The notes: a model not told the origin generated them from the sequence alone. A stretch of 64,000 nucleotides of DNA from an uncultured delta proteobacterium (GCA_963755125.1 CAVWIP010000012.1:1-64000), one strand, 5' to 3'. Numbered from the stretch's first letter, positions 39,552-50,213 are shown. Made by a program: numbers and translations.

Positions 39552-40501
39552 GGGGAGTTCCTCGCGCCCTTCTCGCCGGCAGCGGGCTTGCCGCCCAGGC
39601 ACGAGTACACCGTCGGGATGACCGTGCCGAGACTGGTGGCACCCAGGTGGTGCAGGGTTTCCGCGTGTCCGAGAAACAGGTAGCCGTCGGGGGCCAGGTG
39701 GCCGATGATCTGGCTGGTCTTGCGCGCCCGCCGGCTGGTGTGGAAGTAGATGAGGACGTTCCGGCAAAAGATGAGGTCGAACTTTTCACTCAGCGGGTAG
39801 CTGTCGCTGTTGAGGTTGAGCTGGGCGAACTCCACCACCGCGCGGATCTCGGGCCCGGCCTTCATCTTGCCCTCCTGCGACCGCACCCCGCGCAGCATGA
39901 AGGCCTTGAGGTAGCGCTCGGGGATGTCGCTCGCCTTGGCCAACGGCCACAGCCCTTGCCGGGCGCGCGCCAGAGCGCGGTTCGACAGATCGGTGGCGAG
40001 GATCCTGATGTGCCAGCCCGCCGAAGGCGGGAGCTTGGAGAGAAGCACCATGGCCAGCGTGTACGGTTCCTCTCCGGTGGCGCAGCCCGCGCTCCAGGCG
40101 CGCACGCACCGATCCCGCTTGCCCTCGGCGACCAGGCCGGTCCAGCGGGGTATCACCTCGCGCTCGATGAACTCGAAATGGTGCGGCTCGCGGAAGAAGC
40201 CGGTCTCGTTGGTCGAGATGCAGTCGAACATGCGCGCCCGCTCGGCCTCCCCGCCCTCGCTGGTCACCAGGTCGTAGTACTTGCGGAAGGAATGCAGCCC
40301 CAACTCGCGCAGCCTCCGGCTGAGGCGGGCCACCAGCAGCGATTGCTTGGCGTCCGACAGGTAGATGCCGGCTTCCCGGTGAATGAAGGTCTGAAACAGC
40401 GCAAAGTCCTGCTCGTGCAGCGACGAAGCGGCGATGTCAACCGCAAGCGGCGGGCCGAGGCCTGCGGTCATGGTGTCCATCGTGTCGCGCGCCTTCCTCA
40501 T
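39548..40501 (-). CDS. cheR: Chemotaxis methyltransferase
   Basis: TNETGFFRE, WSAGCATGEEPY, ATDLS, IFCRNVLIYF. Confidence 0.97.
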   Translation of the reverse strand: MRKARDTMDTMTAGLGPPLAVDIAASSLHEQDFALFQTFIHREAGIYLSDAKQSLLVARLSRRLRELGLHSFRKYYDLVTSEGGEAERARMFDCISTNETGFFREPHHFEFIEREVIPRWTGLVAEGKRDRCVRAWSAGCATGEEPYTLAMVLLSKLPPSAGWHIRILATDLSNRALARARQGLWPLAKASDIPERYLKAFMLRGVRSQEGKMKAGPEIRAVVEFAQLNLNSDSYPLSEKFDLIFCRNVLIYFHTSRRARKTSQIIGHLAPDGYLFLGHAETLHHLGATSLGTVIPTVYSCLGGKPAAGEKGARNSP

Positions 40502-41043
40502 GCCGCCGACGGTGAGTTGGCGCTGGCGGGAACATCGCCGGGCGGAGGCGCGGCGCCTGCGGCAATCGACGCCGCCGAGAGCAGATCGTCCGCCGACAGC
40601 ACCCGGTCGATATCGAGCAACAGCACGAACTTCTGCCCGATCTTGCCCATGCCAATCAGATAGTCGACGCGCACCCGGGTGCCGAAGGGCGGTGGCGGCT
40701 CGATGTCGCCAGCCATCAGGTCGATGACCTCGTTGACCGCGTCGGCGAGCAGGCCCATCACGGCCGGCTCGCCTTCCAGCTTCGCCTCGACCACCACGAT
40801 GCAGGTCCGCTTGCCCGGCTGCGACGGAGGTAGACCGAACCTGACCGCCAGGTCGATGACGGGGATGACCTTGCCGCGCAGGTTGATCACTCCGCGGATG
40901 GACGCGGGGGTCTGTGGCACGCGGGTGGGAGGCTGGTACTCGATGATCTCCTTGACCTGCAGAATACCAGCCGCGTACTCGTCGCCGGCAAGCGTGAAGG
41001 TCAGGTACTGGGCGGGTTTTTCCGATGCCTGCGCTTTTTCCAT
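40498..41043 (-). CDS. cheW: Chemotaxis coupling protein
   Basis: QYLTF, GVINLRGKVIPVIDL, GLLADAVNEV. Confidence 0.97.
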   Translation of the reverse strand: MEKAQASEKPAQYLTFTLAGDEYAAGILQVKEIIEYQPPTRVPQTPASIRGVINLRGKVIPVIDLAVRFGLPPSQPGKRTCIVVVEAKLEGEPAVMGLLADAVNEVIDLMAGDIEPPPPFGTRVRVDYLIGMGKIGQKFVLLLDIDRVLSADDLLSAASIAAGAAPPPGDVPASANSPSAA

Positions 41044-41052
41044 GGTGCTGCC

Positions 41053-42453
41053 TCAGAAGCGACGAAAGTCCTGTTCTCCGTCGGGTTCGCTGCTCGGACT
41101 GGCCTGCTGGTCTGGGTCTGCCGAGGTGACGGGCCGAGGCAGGCGGGCAGGCGATGGGCTGGGCCCAGGCTTTGCCGGCCGGGCCGGCTGCCCCGCCGCT
41201 GCCGTGGGCTTGCTCCGCGCGAGAGCCTGCCCCGGCTTGTGGGGCGGAGACAAAAGCAGGGAAGCGGGCTTTTGCGAGACAACCGGCGTGTTCTTCTCGC
41301 GAGTGGCCGGCGCCTGCTTCACTCCCATCTTGAACCCGGAAACCATCTGCAACAGGGCATCGGCCTGCGATGCCATTTCCTCGGCGGTGGAGGCCAGTTG
41401 CTCGGCGGCCGAGGCGTTGCGCTGCGTGACCTGATCGATGCGCCCGATCGCTTTGTTCATCTGCGTGACGCCCGCCGCCTGCTCATTGCTCGCGGCCGCC
41501 ACCTCCTGCACCAGATCGGAGGTCATGCGTATCGAGGGAACGAGTTCCTGCAACATCTGGCTGGAGCGATCCGCGACCTTGAGGCTGGACGCCGCCAGCG
41601 TGTTGATCTCGCGCGCCGCCATCTGACTGCGCTCGGCCAGCTTGCGCACCTCGGACGCCACCACCGCGAACCCTTTGCCCTGCTCGCCCGCGCGCGCCGC
41701 CTCGATGGCCGCGTTGAGCGCGAGCAGGTTGGTCTGGTAGGCGATCTCCTCGATGATGCTGGTCTTCTGCGCGATCGACTTCATCGCGTCCACGGTCTCC
41801 TGCACCGCCCGGCTGGTCTCACCCGCGTCCCTCGCCCCTTTGACCGCAATCTGCTCGGTCTGCCGGCTGTTCTCCGCGTTGCCGGTGATCGATGCGCTCA
41901 TCTCCTCCAGGCTGGCGGTGGTCTCCTCGACCGCCGAGGCCAGATCGCTGCTTCCATGGGACAGCGATTGCGATGAACTCGCGATCTGCGTGGCAGCGGT
42001 GTTGAGCCCGCTGGCGCTCCCACGAATCTCCTCGATGATGGTTTGCAGATTGCGCGACATGCGAGTAAGCGAGGCATACAGGCTGCCCACTTCGTCCGAG
42101 CGATCGAGATCCACGGTGGCGGTCAGATCCCCACGGGCAAATTCCTCCACCATGCCCCCCATCTTGACCACGGGCGTGGCGATGCTGCGGATCATGGCCA
42201 AACCGATGGCCAGGGTGAGCGCCGCCCCGATCAGGAAGCTGACGATGACAATCAGCTGGTTTCGCGTCGCCGCGATGCCCAGCGACTGCGATACCGGACC
42301 CGTGGTCCTGGCGTCGGCGCCGAAAATGGCCGCCGCAGTTCCGGAAACCTGATCGATGCCCTGGTAGCCGGTGTAGGCCAGCCACCCCATCAGAATCAGC
42401 ATGGCGGCAAAGGCCAGCACGAGACGGGTCGCGATCCTCACGTTGCTCATCAT
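41053..42453 (-). CDS. MCP with a very short periplasmic loop, HAMP domain and C-terminal pentapeptide
   Basis: Two TMs about 35 aa apart, DEVGSL, conserved hairpin tip, ends DFRRF. Confidence 0.95.
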   Translation of the reverse strand: MMSNVRIATRLVLAFAAMLILMGWLAYTGYQGIDQVSGTAAAIFGADARTTGPVSQSLGIAATRNQLIVIVSFLIGAALTLAIGLAMIRSIATPVVKMGGMVEEFARGDLTATVDLDRSDEVGSLYASLTRMSRNLQTIIEEIRGSASGLNTAATQIASSSQSLSHGSSDLASAVEETTASLEEMSASITGNAENSRQTEQIAVKGARDAGETSRAVQETVDAMKSIAQKTSIIEEIAYQTNLLALNAAIEAARAGEQGKGFAVVASEVRKLAERSQMAAREINTLAASSLKVADRSSQMLQELVPSIRMTSDLVQEVAAASNEQAAGVTQMNKAIGRIDQVTQRNASAAEQLASTAEEMASQADALLQMVSGFKMGVKQAPATREKNTPVVSQKPASLLLSPPHKPGQALARSKPTAAAGQPARPAKPGPSPSPARLPRPVTSADPDQQASPSSEPDGEQDFRRF

Positions 42454-44129
42454 GGACCTTCCTCCACACTCTGGGCCGGGCCTGTCTGAACCTCCGGGTA
42501 CCTGTCCGGGCTCACGGTTGCGATCGCTTGTCGGAGAATAATCGGGATGTCCAGGATCAGCGCCACCCGGCCGCTGCCCAAGATGGTCGAGCCGGCCACT
42601 CCGGTCACATCGCCGAGCAGGCGGCCCAGCGGCTTGACCACCGCCTGGATCTCGCCGTGCAGCGAATCCACGATGATGCCCGCGTCAACCTCGCCGTTGC
42701 GCACCACCACCACGTTCTCACGCGCGGGGGACGTGGCCTCGCTGGCGAAGAGCTGGCGCAGACGCAGGCAGGGTAGCGGGCGCCCGCGCAGGTTGAGCAC
42801 CACTGAGCCTGCGGCACTGACGTGCAGTTCAGCGGGCAACTCCACGCATTCCACCACGGTGTCCATGGGGATGACGTAGGTGTCCTCGCCCACCGACACG
42901 GCAAAGCCGGGAATGATGGCCAGGGTGAGCGGGATGCGCATGCTCACCACCGTCCCCGCCCCGGGCGTGCTCTCCACCTCGACCGACCCGCGCAGCGCCT
43001 CGATGCTGCGGCGGACGATGTCCATGCCGATCCCGCGTCCCGACAGGTCGCCGACCTCGGCCGCGGTCGAGAAGCCCGGCTCGAAGATCAGGCGCAAGAG
43101 ATCCTCGTCGCGCACGTGATCGGGATCGGGCAAGAGCCCGCGACTGTGCGCCGCCTCGGCCAATCGCTTGCGATCGATCCCCTGCCCGTCGTCGCTGACC
43201 TGCACGACGATGCAACTCGCCTCGCGGCGGGCGCGGATGACCACCAGGCCGGACGGATCCTTGCCGCGCTCGCGCCGCCCCGCCGGGGTCTCGATCCCGT
43301 GCGAGATGGCGTTGCGGATGATGTGGGTGAGCGGATCGCGCAGATGCTCGATGACGGTGGTGTCAACCTCCACATCGCCGCCGTCCACCAGCAGGCGGGC
43401 CGACTTGCCGTGCGTCGCCGCCGTGTCGCGCACGGTGCGCGAGTACTGGCGGCAGGTCGGCCCCAGGGGAACCATGCGGATCTTCATGATCAGATCCTGC
43501 AGATCGAAGAACAGCCGATCCGCCTCGTGGTGAATCTCGAGCGGTTGCGCGCACCCCGCACTGGCATCCAGGGCGTCGTGCAGGCGGCCGCGCGCGATGG
43601 CGATCTCGCCGACGATGTTGAGCAACTGATCGAGACGATCGACCTCCACGCGCAAGGTTTGGGCGCGCGCAGGGGCAGCGGCCACGACGCCGACGCTGGC
43701 CCCCTCAGGCGCAGGCGCACGCGTCGGCCCCGCGCCCTCGGAATGGACGCTCCAGCGGGCCAGATCGCTCATCAGGCGGGACAACTCGGGCGGCAACGAA
43801 CGTTGCTTGTCCGATACCGTCGGCACCATCTGGCGCATGAGATCCACCGCGCGCAGGATCACCGAGACCAGTTCGGGCGTTGCGTGCAGGATCTGTTTGC
43901 GCATGCGATCGAGCACGTCCTCGATGGAGTGGGCGAGTTCCGAGAGCTCCATGAATTCGAGCATGGAGGCGTTGCCCTTGAGGGTGTGCGCCCCGCGGAA
44001 TATGGCACGCAGGGTCTCCTCGTCCTCGGGATGCGTCTCGAGCAGGATGAGCGCGTCCTCCATGGTCGACAGGTTCTCTTCCGAGTCGACCAGGAAGGCC
44101 TTCACCAGGGCGTCACGATCGATCTTCAT
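42450..44129 (-). CDS. cheA: Chemotaxis histidine kinase (no evident P2 domain)
   Basis: [47 protein letters not shown] and a C-terminal CheW domain. Confidence 0.97.
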   Translation of the reverse strand: MKIDRDALVKAFLVDSEENLSTMEDALILLETHPEDEETLRAIFRGAHTLKGNASMLEFMELSELAHSIEDVLDRMRKQILHATPELVSVILRAVDLMRQMVPTVSDKQRSLPPELSRLMSDLARWSVHSEGAGPTRAPAPEGASVGVVAAAPARAQTLRVEVDRLDQLLNIVGEIAIARGRLHDALDASAGCAQPLEIHHEADRLFFDLQDLIMKIRMVPLGPTCRQYSRTVRDTAATHGKSARLLVDGGDVEVDTTVIEHLRDPLTHIIRNAISHGIETPAGRRERGKDPSGLVVIRARREASCIVVQVSDDGQGIDRKRLAEAAHSRGLLPDPDHVRDEDLLRLIFEPGFSTAAEVGDLSGRGIGMDIVRRSIEALRGSVEVESTPGAGTVVSMRIPLTLAIIPGFAVSVGEDTYVIPMDTVVECVELPAELHVSAAGSVVLNLRGRPLPCLRLRQLFASEATSPARENVVVVRNGEVDAGIIVDSLHGEIQAVVKPLGRLLGDVTGVAGSTILGSGRVALILDIPIILRQAIATVSPDRYPEVQTGPAQSVEEGP

Positions 44130-44136
44130 GGCTCTG

Positions 44137-44679
44137 CTATAGCCTCCACACCCAGGCCGACCCGTCGTCGACGTTGAAGATCAGCCGCCGACCCCGTGTC
44201 CCGCCCACGTCCTTCGCCACCACCGGCACGTTGTCCGCGGCCAGCATCTTCCAGGCCATGCGCGCGTTGCTTTCGCCCAGATCATTCAAGCGCTTGCCCA
44301 GGCTGGGCAGCACGCCGGCGCCGCCGAACACCTTGGCGCGCAGCTTGCTTTCCCCGCCGCCCAGGGCGCGCACGGCCTTGATGAGCGCTGGGATGGCTAG
44401 GCTGCCGTACTTTCCCGTGTTGCCCTCGACGGCGCGTCCTTCGGGGAGCAGGTAGTGGACCACCCCGCCGGCCTGCGCGCGGTCGTCCCAGACGCAGACC
44501 GCGATGCAGGATCCGAGGACCGTCTTGACAGCGTACTGCCCGAAAGCCACGTGCATGTGCCCGGGATGCAGATACACGGTGGGGCGATCGTCAGGAGCTC
44601 CCGCCGCCGGCGCCTTTTGGGTGGCAAGCCCGCCAGTCTCTCTGCTATCCGCGAGCCGCACGAGATTTGTCCTAGCCAT
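44137..44679 (-). CDS. cheD: Chemoreceptor glutamine deamidase
   Basis: TVLGSCIAVC, HYLLP, AKVFGGA, DVGG..GR. Confidence 0.95.
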   Translation of the reverse strand: MARTNLVRLADSRETGGLATQKAPAAGAPDDRPTVYLHPGHMHVAFGQYAVKTVLGSCIAVCVWDDRAQAGGVVHYLLPEGRAVEGNTGKYGSLAIPALIKAVRALGGGESKLRAKVFGGAGVLPSLGKRLNDLGESNARMAWKMLAADNVPVVAKDVGGTRGRRLIFNVDDGSAWVWRL

Positions 44680-45307
44680 CCCTGCGCCCCCAGTAGGCAG
44701 CCCGCCGGGCGCTGCGGCCGGCGCAGATGAGAACGATCGCCGCCTGGTTGGCCAGCAGATCGAAAAGCGCACGGTCGACTGTGCTGATGCCTGGCTTGTG
44801 TGGAAGCAGATCGAAGATGCCGATGGCACCGGTGCACAGTCCGCCCGCCCGCAGCGGGATACAGGCGGTAAGGCCGTCGGCGTCGTGCGCCCGCCGCGTG
44901 CTGGAGGCCGGCTTGCCACGAAGGAAGATCTGGCCGCGCGTGACCACCTGGTTGAAGACCCCCTTGCGCGCGGGCACCCTGGCCCAGCGTTTGCCGTCGA
45001 TGCCCTGGCTGGCCTGCAAAAGCAGGTTCTTCCCGTCCCGGTCGAGGCGCCAGATGGCGATCTCCTCGGAACCGACCAGCGTGACGATGATGTCCTTGAT
45101 GTTATCCATCGCCTCGGCCGGGTCCACGCTGCAATGAAGACGGGCGCTGGCGACCCAGAGGGTGGTCATACGTTGCAGGCCGGCCTCGAGAGCGGCGCAG
45201 CGCTCGGCCAAACGGCGGTTTGCCGATGCTAGCAACGTCGACCCCGAGGCGCGGCGTAACTCGCCGGCCGTGGGGTCGCTCGGCTTGATCCGGTCATTCC
45301 TCGGCAT
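44672..45307 (-). CDS. GAF-domain protein with N-terminal coiled coil
   Basis: TLWVASARLH, TLVGSEE, ACIPL..G...GAI.IF.LL.HK, LFDLLA.QAA. Overlaps both neighbours. Confidence 0.8.
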   Translation of the reverse strand: MPRNDRIKPSDPTAGELRRASGSTLLASANRRLAERCAALEAGLQRMTTLWVASARLHCSVDPAEAMDNIKDIIVTLVGSEEIAIWRLDRDGKNLLLQASQGIDGKRWARVPARKGVFNQVVTRGQIFLRGKPASSTRRAHDADGLTACIPLRAGGLCTGAIGIFDLLPHKPGISTVDRALFDLLANQAAIVLICAGRSARRAAYWGRRDG

Positions 45308-45689
45308 TCCATTCGCCCAGGCAGTTCTTGACCTTGGCCAGAAGCTCACCGGGATCGATGGGCTTGATCACGTAGTCGTTGCAGCCGCTCGCGTAGCTGG
45401 CCTCGAGCGAGGCCACCCCGCCGCGCGACGTAATCATGATGACGGGTATGTCTTCCGTCTTCTTGCATGCGCGCAGCACCTTGCAGGTTTCGATGCCGTC
45501 CATGTTCGGCATGACCACGTCGAGCAGGATGAGGTCGGGGAGTTCATCCTGGGCCTTGTGGAACCCCTCCACCCCGTCACGCGCCGTGATCAGTTCGTAG
45601 TTCTCCTCCGACAGGAGCATGCAGGTCATGAGAAGTGAGGTCGACGAGTCGTCGACCAGCAGGATCTTCTTGCGATTCTCCACGTTCAT
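45294..45689 (-). CDS. Single-domain response regulator, first gene of the chemosensory operon
   Basis: LVDDS, LDVVMPNMDG, ITS, KPID. Confidence 0.93.
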   Translation of the reverse strand: MNVENRKKILLVDDSSTSLLMTCMLLSEENYELITARDGVEGFHKAQDELPDLILLDVVMPNMDGIETCKVLRACKKTEDIPVIMITSRGGVASLEASYASGCNDYVIKPIDPGELLAKVKNCLGEWNAEE

Positions 45690-45920
45690 TCCCCTCTCAC
45701 AGCGGTCGTCGGAATGCTGCTGCAACTTGAGACTAGTCTTGATGCATTAGACGGCGCGGTCGGTGCGAATCGGATTTGCTTGTCCGCCCCATGCCGACGT
45801 GCCTGTAGGCATGGCTCCTACGGCGGGCACCGCCGCGTGGTTCAGGCTGGGGCCTGAAGTGACGATGCTAGAGGCACTGTCTTCGAGGCAACCAGTCGGC
45901 TGCGTCAGGGAGAAATCAGA

Positions 45921-47405
45921 ATGGGCGAAGAAAGATTCAGGGTATCGGGACTTCGGATCACCCAGAAGTTGACGATCCCGTTCGTGCTCATCCTGGTGGG
46001 CGCGATCGCGGCCCTCGGCTCGTTCTCGATACGCTCGACCCGCACGGCGATGATCCAGCTTCTCGAGAAGCGCGCCGAGATCATGGCCCACACCCTCTCG
46101 GCCACTGTCCCGGATCAGGACCAGATTGACGGGGCCAAGCGGGCCGACAGCGACGTCGCTTACGTGCACTGGATCAATCCCCAGGGCCAGGCGCTGGTGT
46201 CGACCGAGCCCGAGGCCAAGAACCAGGTTCTCTTGCGCGACGATTTCGAGCGTGAGATGGGCAAGACTCGGCAAATGGTGCGGCGACAGGTTCCCAACAA
46301 CAGCGTGGTATTTGAAGTGGCCGCTCCCATCAGGTTCATGAACGAGGCGGTCGGGGTCATCCGCATCGGCATGTCGACCCGTCAGGCCGAGGCCATGGCC
46401 ACAACGAATGCACTCATGATCGGGCTGGTCGGCCTTCTCGCCCTGGTTCCGGGCGTCATCATCTACTACTACGTCGCCCGCCGGATCACCGTGCCGCTCC
46501 GCCAGGTCGTGGCCAAGACCGAGCAGGCAGCCGACGGTGATCTGACGGTGAGGGTCACGGTGGATTCGCACGACGAGCTCGGCCAGATGGGACAGTCGTT
46601 GAACAAGATGCTGGCCAGTTTCCACGACCTGATGACCCAGGTACAGCAGGCGACTAGCGAGGCTGCATCCGCGGCGCGCGGATTCGCGGCGAGCGGCGAG
46701 CAGCTGTCCGCCGGGGCGGGGCAGCAGGCCTCATCCATCGAGCAGACCACCGCCTCGCTGCAACAGATGAGCGCCTCGATCGGGCAGAACGCCGAGAACA
46801 GCCGTCAGATGGAAACCATGGCACTGAAGGGCGCCCACGACGCCGAGGACAGCGGCAAGGCGGTCAGTGAGACCGTGCAAGCCATGAAGGCCATCGCCGA
46901 GAAGATCACCATCGTGGAGGAGATCGCCTACCAGACCAACCTGCTCGCCCTGAACGCGGCCATCGAGGCGGCGCGCGCCGGTGAACACGGGCGGGGCTTC
47001 GCCGTAGTTGCCAGCGAAGTGCGCAAGCTGGCCGAGCGAAGCCAGGCGGCGGCGCGCAAGATCGGCGATCTCACCATCTCCAGCGTGAACGTGGCCGAAC
47101 GGGCCGGCAGGGCTCTGGCCGCGCTGGTTCCCTCGATACAGAAGACCACAGAACTGGTCCAGCGGGTAGCCGCTGCTTCCCGCGAGCAATCGTCCAGCGT
47201 CACCCAGATCAACCGGGCCCTGAGCCAGGTCGACGAGGTGACCCAGCGAAACGCGACCGCGGCCGAGGAGTTGGCCAGCACGGCGGACGGGCTGGCTGGC
47301 CAGGCCGAATCGCTCCAGCAGCTCATCTCGTTCTTCCGGGTGGGCAGAACCGCGGCGCCCTCCGAACTGCGCGCGCGTCTGCCAGCGCACGGAGCGGACG
47401 GCTGA
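45921..47405 (+). CDS. Methyl-accepting chemotaxis protein with small periplasmic sensor and HAMP
   Basis: Two TMs, DELGQM and the conserved hairpin tip. Confidence 0.96.
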   Translation: MGEERFRVSGLRITQKLTIPFVLILVGAIAALGSFSIRSTRTAMIQLLEKRAEIMAHTLSATVPDQDQIDGAKRADSDVAYVHWINPQGQALVSTEPEAKNQVLLRDDFEREMGKTRQMVRRQVPNNSVVFEVAAPIRFMNEAVGVIRIGMSTRQAEAMATTNALMIGLVGLLALVPGVIIYYYVARRITVPLRQVVAKTEQAADGDLTVRVTVDSHDELGQMGQSLNKMLASFHDLMTQVQQATSEAASAARGFAASGEQLSAGAGQQASSIEQTTASLQQMSASIGQNAENSRQMETMALKGAHDAEDSGKAVSETVQAMKAIAEKITIVEEIAYQTNLLALNAAIEAARAGEHGRGFAVVASEVRKLAERSQAAARKIGDLTISSVNVAERAGRALAALVPSIQKTTELVQRVAAASREQSSSVTQINRALSQVDEVTQRNATAAEELASTADGLAGQAESLQQLISFFRVGRTAAPSELRARLPAHGADG

Positions 47406-47427
47406 TGTCGACCAGCCCGCATTTTTG

Positions 47428-47508
47428 AGGGGCGACCGCAGGTCGCCCCTACGGCCGTGCGCGACCCACCCGCATCACATCTTGGGTAGGGACGACCTGC
47501 GGTTGCCC
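47428..47508. repeat. Inverted pair of GTAG-type REP sequences
   Basis: Minus-strand GTAGGGGCGACCTGCGGTCGCCCCT (47452-47428) and plus-strand GTAGGGACGACCTGCGGTTGCCC (47486-47508). Confidence 0.8.
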
Positions 47509-47556
47509 AACTCCCCGCCGTAGACCCCTATTCTGAATTCCAGGGTGTGAGAAGCC

Positions 47557-48132
47557 ATGGCTTCGCCCAGCCAATTTCGCGCTACAATGCCCGACCTGAC
47601 GATGTCGCTCCTCCGTTCCGCAGAAGCTGAGCTAGAACCCCAGACCGACCTGGCAGCGGTCAAGGCCCCCATGCGCCTGGCTCTTGAGGCGGCCGCGCAG
47701 GCCGGCCGGTCGGGCGAAGTGCCGGTGGGCGCCGTGGTGATGGCCCGCGGTCGGGTGGTGGCCGTGGCGCACAACCAGCGCGAGTGCCTCAACGACCCCA
47801 CGGCCCACGCCGAGATCATCGCTCTGCGGGCCGCGGCAGCCGCGCTGGGAGGCTGGCGTCTGGTCGATGCCGATCTCTACGTGACCATGGAGCCTTGCCC
47901 GATGTGTGCCGGTGCCCTGGTCAATGCGCGCATACGACGGCTGTATTACGGTTGCGACGATCCCAAGGCGGGAGCCGCGCGCACGCTCTACCGACTGCTC
48001 AACGACGCCCGGCTCAATCACCAAGTCGAGGTCATTCCTGGCGTGCTGGCCAGCGAGAGTGCTGCCCTGCTCAAGTCGTTCTTCCTGCGCCTGCGCCAGC
48101 CCGCGGCGGATCTCAGGGTCGCGGGCCGCTGA
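47557..48132 (+). CDS. tadA: tRNA adenosine(34) deaminase (start uncertain)
   Basis: GEVPVGAV, DPTAHAE, EPCPMCAGA, DPKAGA, LNH. Confidence 0.95.
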   Translation: MASPSQFRATMPDLTMSLLRSAEAELEPQTDLAAVKAPMRLALEAAAQAGRSGEVPVGAVVMARGRVVAVAHNQRECLNDPTAHAEIIALRAAAAALGGWRLVDADLYVTMEPCPMCAGALVNARIRRLYYGCDDPKAGAARTLYRLLNDARLNHQVEVIPGVLASESAALLKSFFLRLRQPAADLRVAGR

Positions 48133-48928
48133 CGCTCGCTGCTCGGCCGGCTGCGGCGCCCCGGCGCTGACCGGGTGGTGCGGTGGTCATGGGATCTCGC
48201 TGCCCGCGTAGCTCGCGGCTGCGCAGGTCCGTGATGGCGCCCGCCAGCGCGTCAGCCACCGTCTTCTTGCCCTGCTCGGAAAGCAGAAAGGGACCCTCTT
48301 CCGGGTGATCGAGGAATCCCACCTCGACCAGAACCGCAGGCATTTCCAGCCCTTGCAGGACGTCCAGCGTCGCGCCGGTCTGCTTGATACCGCGATCCCG
48401 ATCCGATCCCAGCGCGTCGGACAGACGCCACCGGATACGTCGAGCCGCGGCCAGGCTGTCGGCCGCGGCGGTGCGCGCCTGATGCGCGGCCCAGGCGGCC
48501 TGTGCATCGTCGTCGGCCAGCAAAGCCGCCCGCGCCACCTCCTGATCGACGTCCGAAGTCGGTAGTACGAAGATCTCGAAGCCGCGCTGGCTGCCCGGTC
48601 CCTGCTCGGCCGACGCCGCGTTGGCGTGGATGCTGAGAAACAAGCGCGCGCCGGCCTGGTTGGCACAGCGGGCCCGCGCGCGAATGGGCACCAGCAGATC
48701 CCCATTGCGGCAGAGCACGACTTTGAGGCCAGGCTCGCCCAGCAAACGCCGCTGCACCAGGCGGGCGATGTCGAGCGTCAGGTGCTTTTCGTACAGTTCG
48801 GGCTTGGCCGTGGGCGCTCCGCGATTGGACCCACCATGTCCCGGATCCAGGGCCACCACGAAGGGCTGCTCGCCTGTCGCGGCCGCGAGATAGGCGCAGA
48901 GCATGGTTGCCACGGAGATATGAAACAT
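48113..48928 (-). CDS. N-acetylmuramoyl-L-alanine amidase (Amidase_3)
   Basis: LDPGHGG, EK, SIHAN, PAVLVEVGF. Confidence 0.93.
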   Translation of the reverse strand: MFHISVATMLCAYLAAATGEQPFVVALDPGHGGSNRGAPTAKPELYEKHLTLDIARLVQRRLLGEPGLKVVLCRNGDLLVPIRARARCANQAGARLFLSIHANAASAEQGPGSQRGFEIFVLPTSDVDQEVARAALLADDDAQAAWAAHQARTAAADSLAAARRIRWRLSDALGSDRDRGIKQTGATLDVLQGLEMPAVLVEVGFLDHPEEGPFLLSEQGKKTVADALAGAITDLRSRELRGQRDPMTTAPPGQRRGAAAGRAASVSGPRP

Positions 48929-48995
48929 CGGGAGACCGCTCTTTGCGCTAAGTTAGCGCCGAGGCGGGGCCCACGCGACAATTGTGACTATCGAA

Positions 48996-49187
48996 ATGGG
49001 AACCCTCAAAGGGTTCCCATGCCCTTCGGCTCCCCACGCCCACCCCCACCTCGCTCGCTTCGCTCGGCCTCGCGCGATGGTCCCCGGCGAGCAACGAGGG
49101 CGCGCGCGAAGCGCGCGGGGTGGGCGGGGTGGGCTGTCCGTCCCGAAGTCCCCGTAGGGGGATCTCGCCGGCTCCCCACGCGACTAG
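48996..49187. repeat. Structured intergenic repeat element, copy 2
   Basis: ATGGGAACCCT-CAA-AGGGTTCCCAT hairpin, CGCGCGC-GAA-GCGCGCG hairpin, ends GCTCCCCACGCGACTAG. Confidence 0.7.
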
Positions 49188-49205
49188 GCTCTATACTGGT
49201 CGTCA

Positions 49206-50213
49206 ATGCCGAAAGCCATCCCCAGCCCCAACCTGACCGCCGTGCTGGCCCTGGCGGCGCTGGCCGACCTGCTGCTTTACCGACTGGCTTCGCACGTGTT
49301 TCTGCCCAGCCATCCCGCCTGGGGCGTGGCCCGCATCTTGTCAGACCTCGGGCTCTTCATGTCCAACCTGGGGAGCGTCCTCGGAGTGGTGTTGGTCGCC
49401 GTGGTGCTGCTGCGCGCTTTGCGGGGCGACTCGATCTTTCCGCGCTCCATGCGCATCACGGTCAGCACCATCGGGCTGTTCTTCGTGATGCTGGCCACGG
49501 CTGGCGTGCTGGCGCTGCCGGTTCCTGACCGTTTCGTGGCCTACCTTCGTATCAGTCACGCCTTTCTGGCTGGGTTCGTGGCAGCAGGGCTATGGCACAA
49601 GCGCTGCCCCTTGCGTCTGAAACTTGCGGTGACCTTGTTTGCCGCTCCCATCGTCCTGCAGGCAGCGACCATGTTCTGCGAGCGCATGGGATGGTCGCCT
49701 TTTCTCGTGGGGCATGGTTCCCGCATGGCAGAGGCCAGCACATTCTTCGCCCTGCTCCTGTCACCGGTCCTGGTTTCCCCCCGCCCACGTGGGGGTCTTC
49801 AAGTCGCGGCTATGCTCGGTGCCGGACTGATTTCCCTCGCCCTTCTGTCCCTGGCCATGATGCGATACTTCGGCCTCGCTCAGGTGGCGGCCCTCTATGG
49901 GCTTCACTTCGATTTGCCTGCCGCCGCAGGCGTGGTGGGCATGGTGGTGGCGGCCTATGTGGCCGCGACCGCAGCCGCAGCGGCCTGTCTTACCGGTGAT
50001 GGGGCATCACGACTGCTTGGCTACGGTCTTGTGCTCCTGGCCATGACCGGTCATCAGATCGTGGCGACCAACCAGACCGTTTTTTCGCTCTGTGGCCTGT
50101 GTGCGCTGGCTCTGGGCGCTGTGCGTCTGGGAGCTGCGGCCACGGTGGTTGCTGCCCGCAGTTCTGCCTCGCCCGATGACGCCTTGTCACATCAAATACA
50201 CGGTCGCAATTGA
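49206..50213 (+). CDS. Polytopic membrane protein of unknown function
   Basis: About ten hydrophobic segments and no recognised motif. Confidence 0.7.
   Translation: MPKAIPSPNLTAVLALAALADLLLYRLASHVFLPSHPAWGVARILSDLGLFMSNLGSVLGVVLVAVVLLRALRGDSIFPRSMRITVSTIGLFFVMLATAGVLALPVPDRFVAYLRISHAFLAGFVAAGLWHKRCPLRLKLAVTLFAAPIVLQAATMFCERMGWSPFLVGHGSRMAEASTFFALLLSPVLVSPRPRGGLQVAAMLGAGLISLALLSLAMMRYFGLAQVAALYGLHFDLPAAAGVVGMVVAAYVAATAAAAACLTGDGASRLLGYGLVLLAMTGHQIVATNQTVFSLCGLCALALGAVRLGAAATVVAARSSASPDDALSHQIHGRN

Noticed and set aside
34540..47040. Near-identical DNA stretches at about 34.6, 41.7 and 46.9 kb
   Set aside because: They encode the conserved hairpin tips of three paralogous MCPs and are not a mobile repeat.
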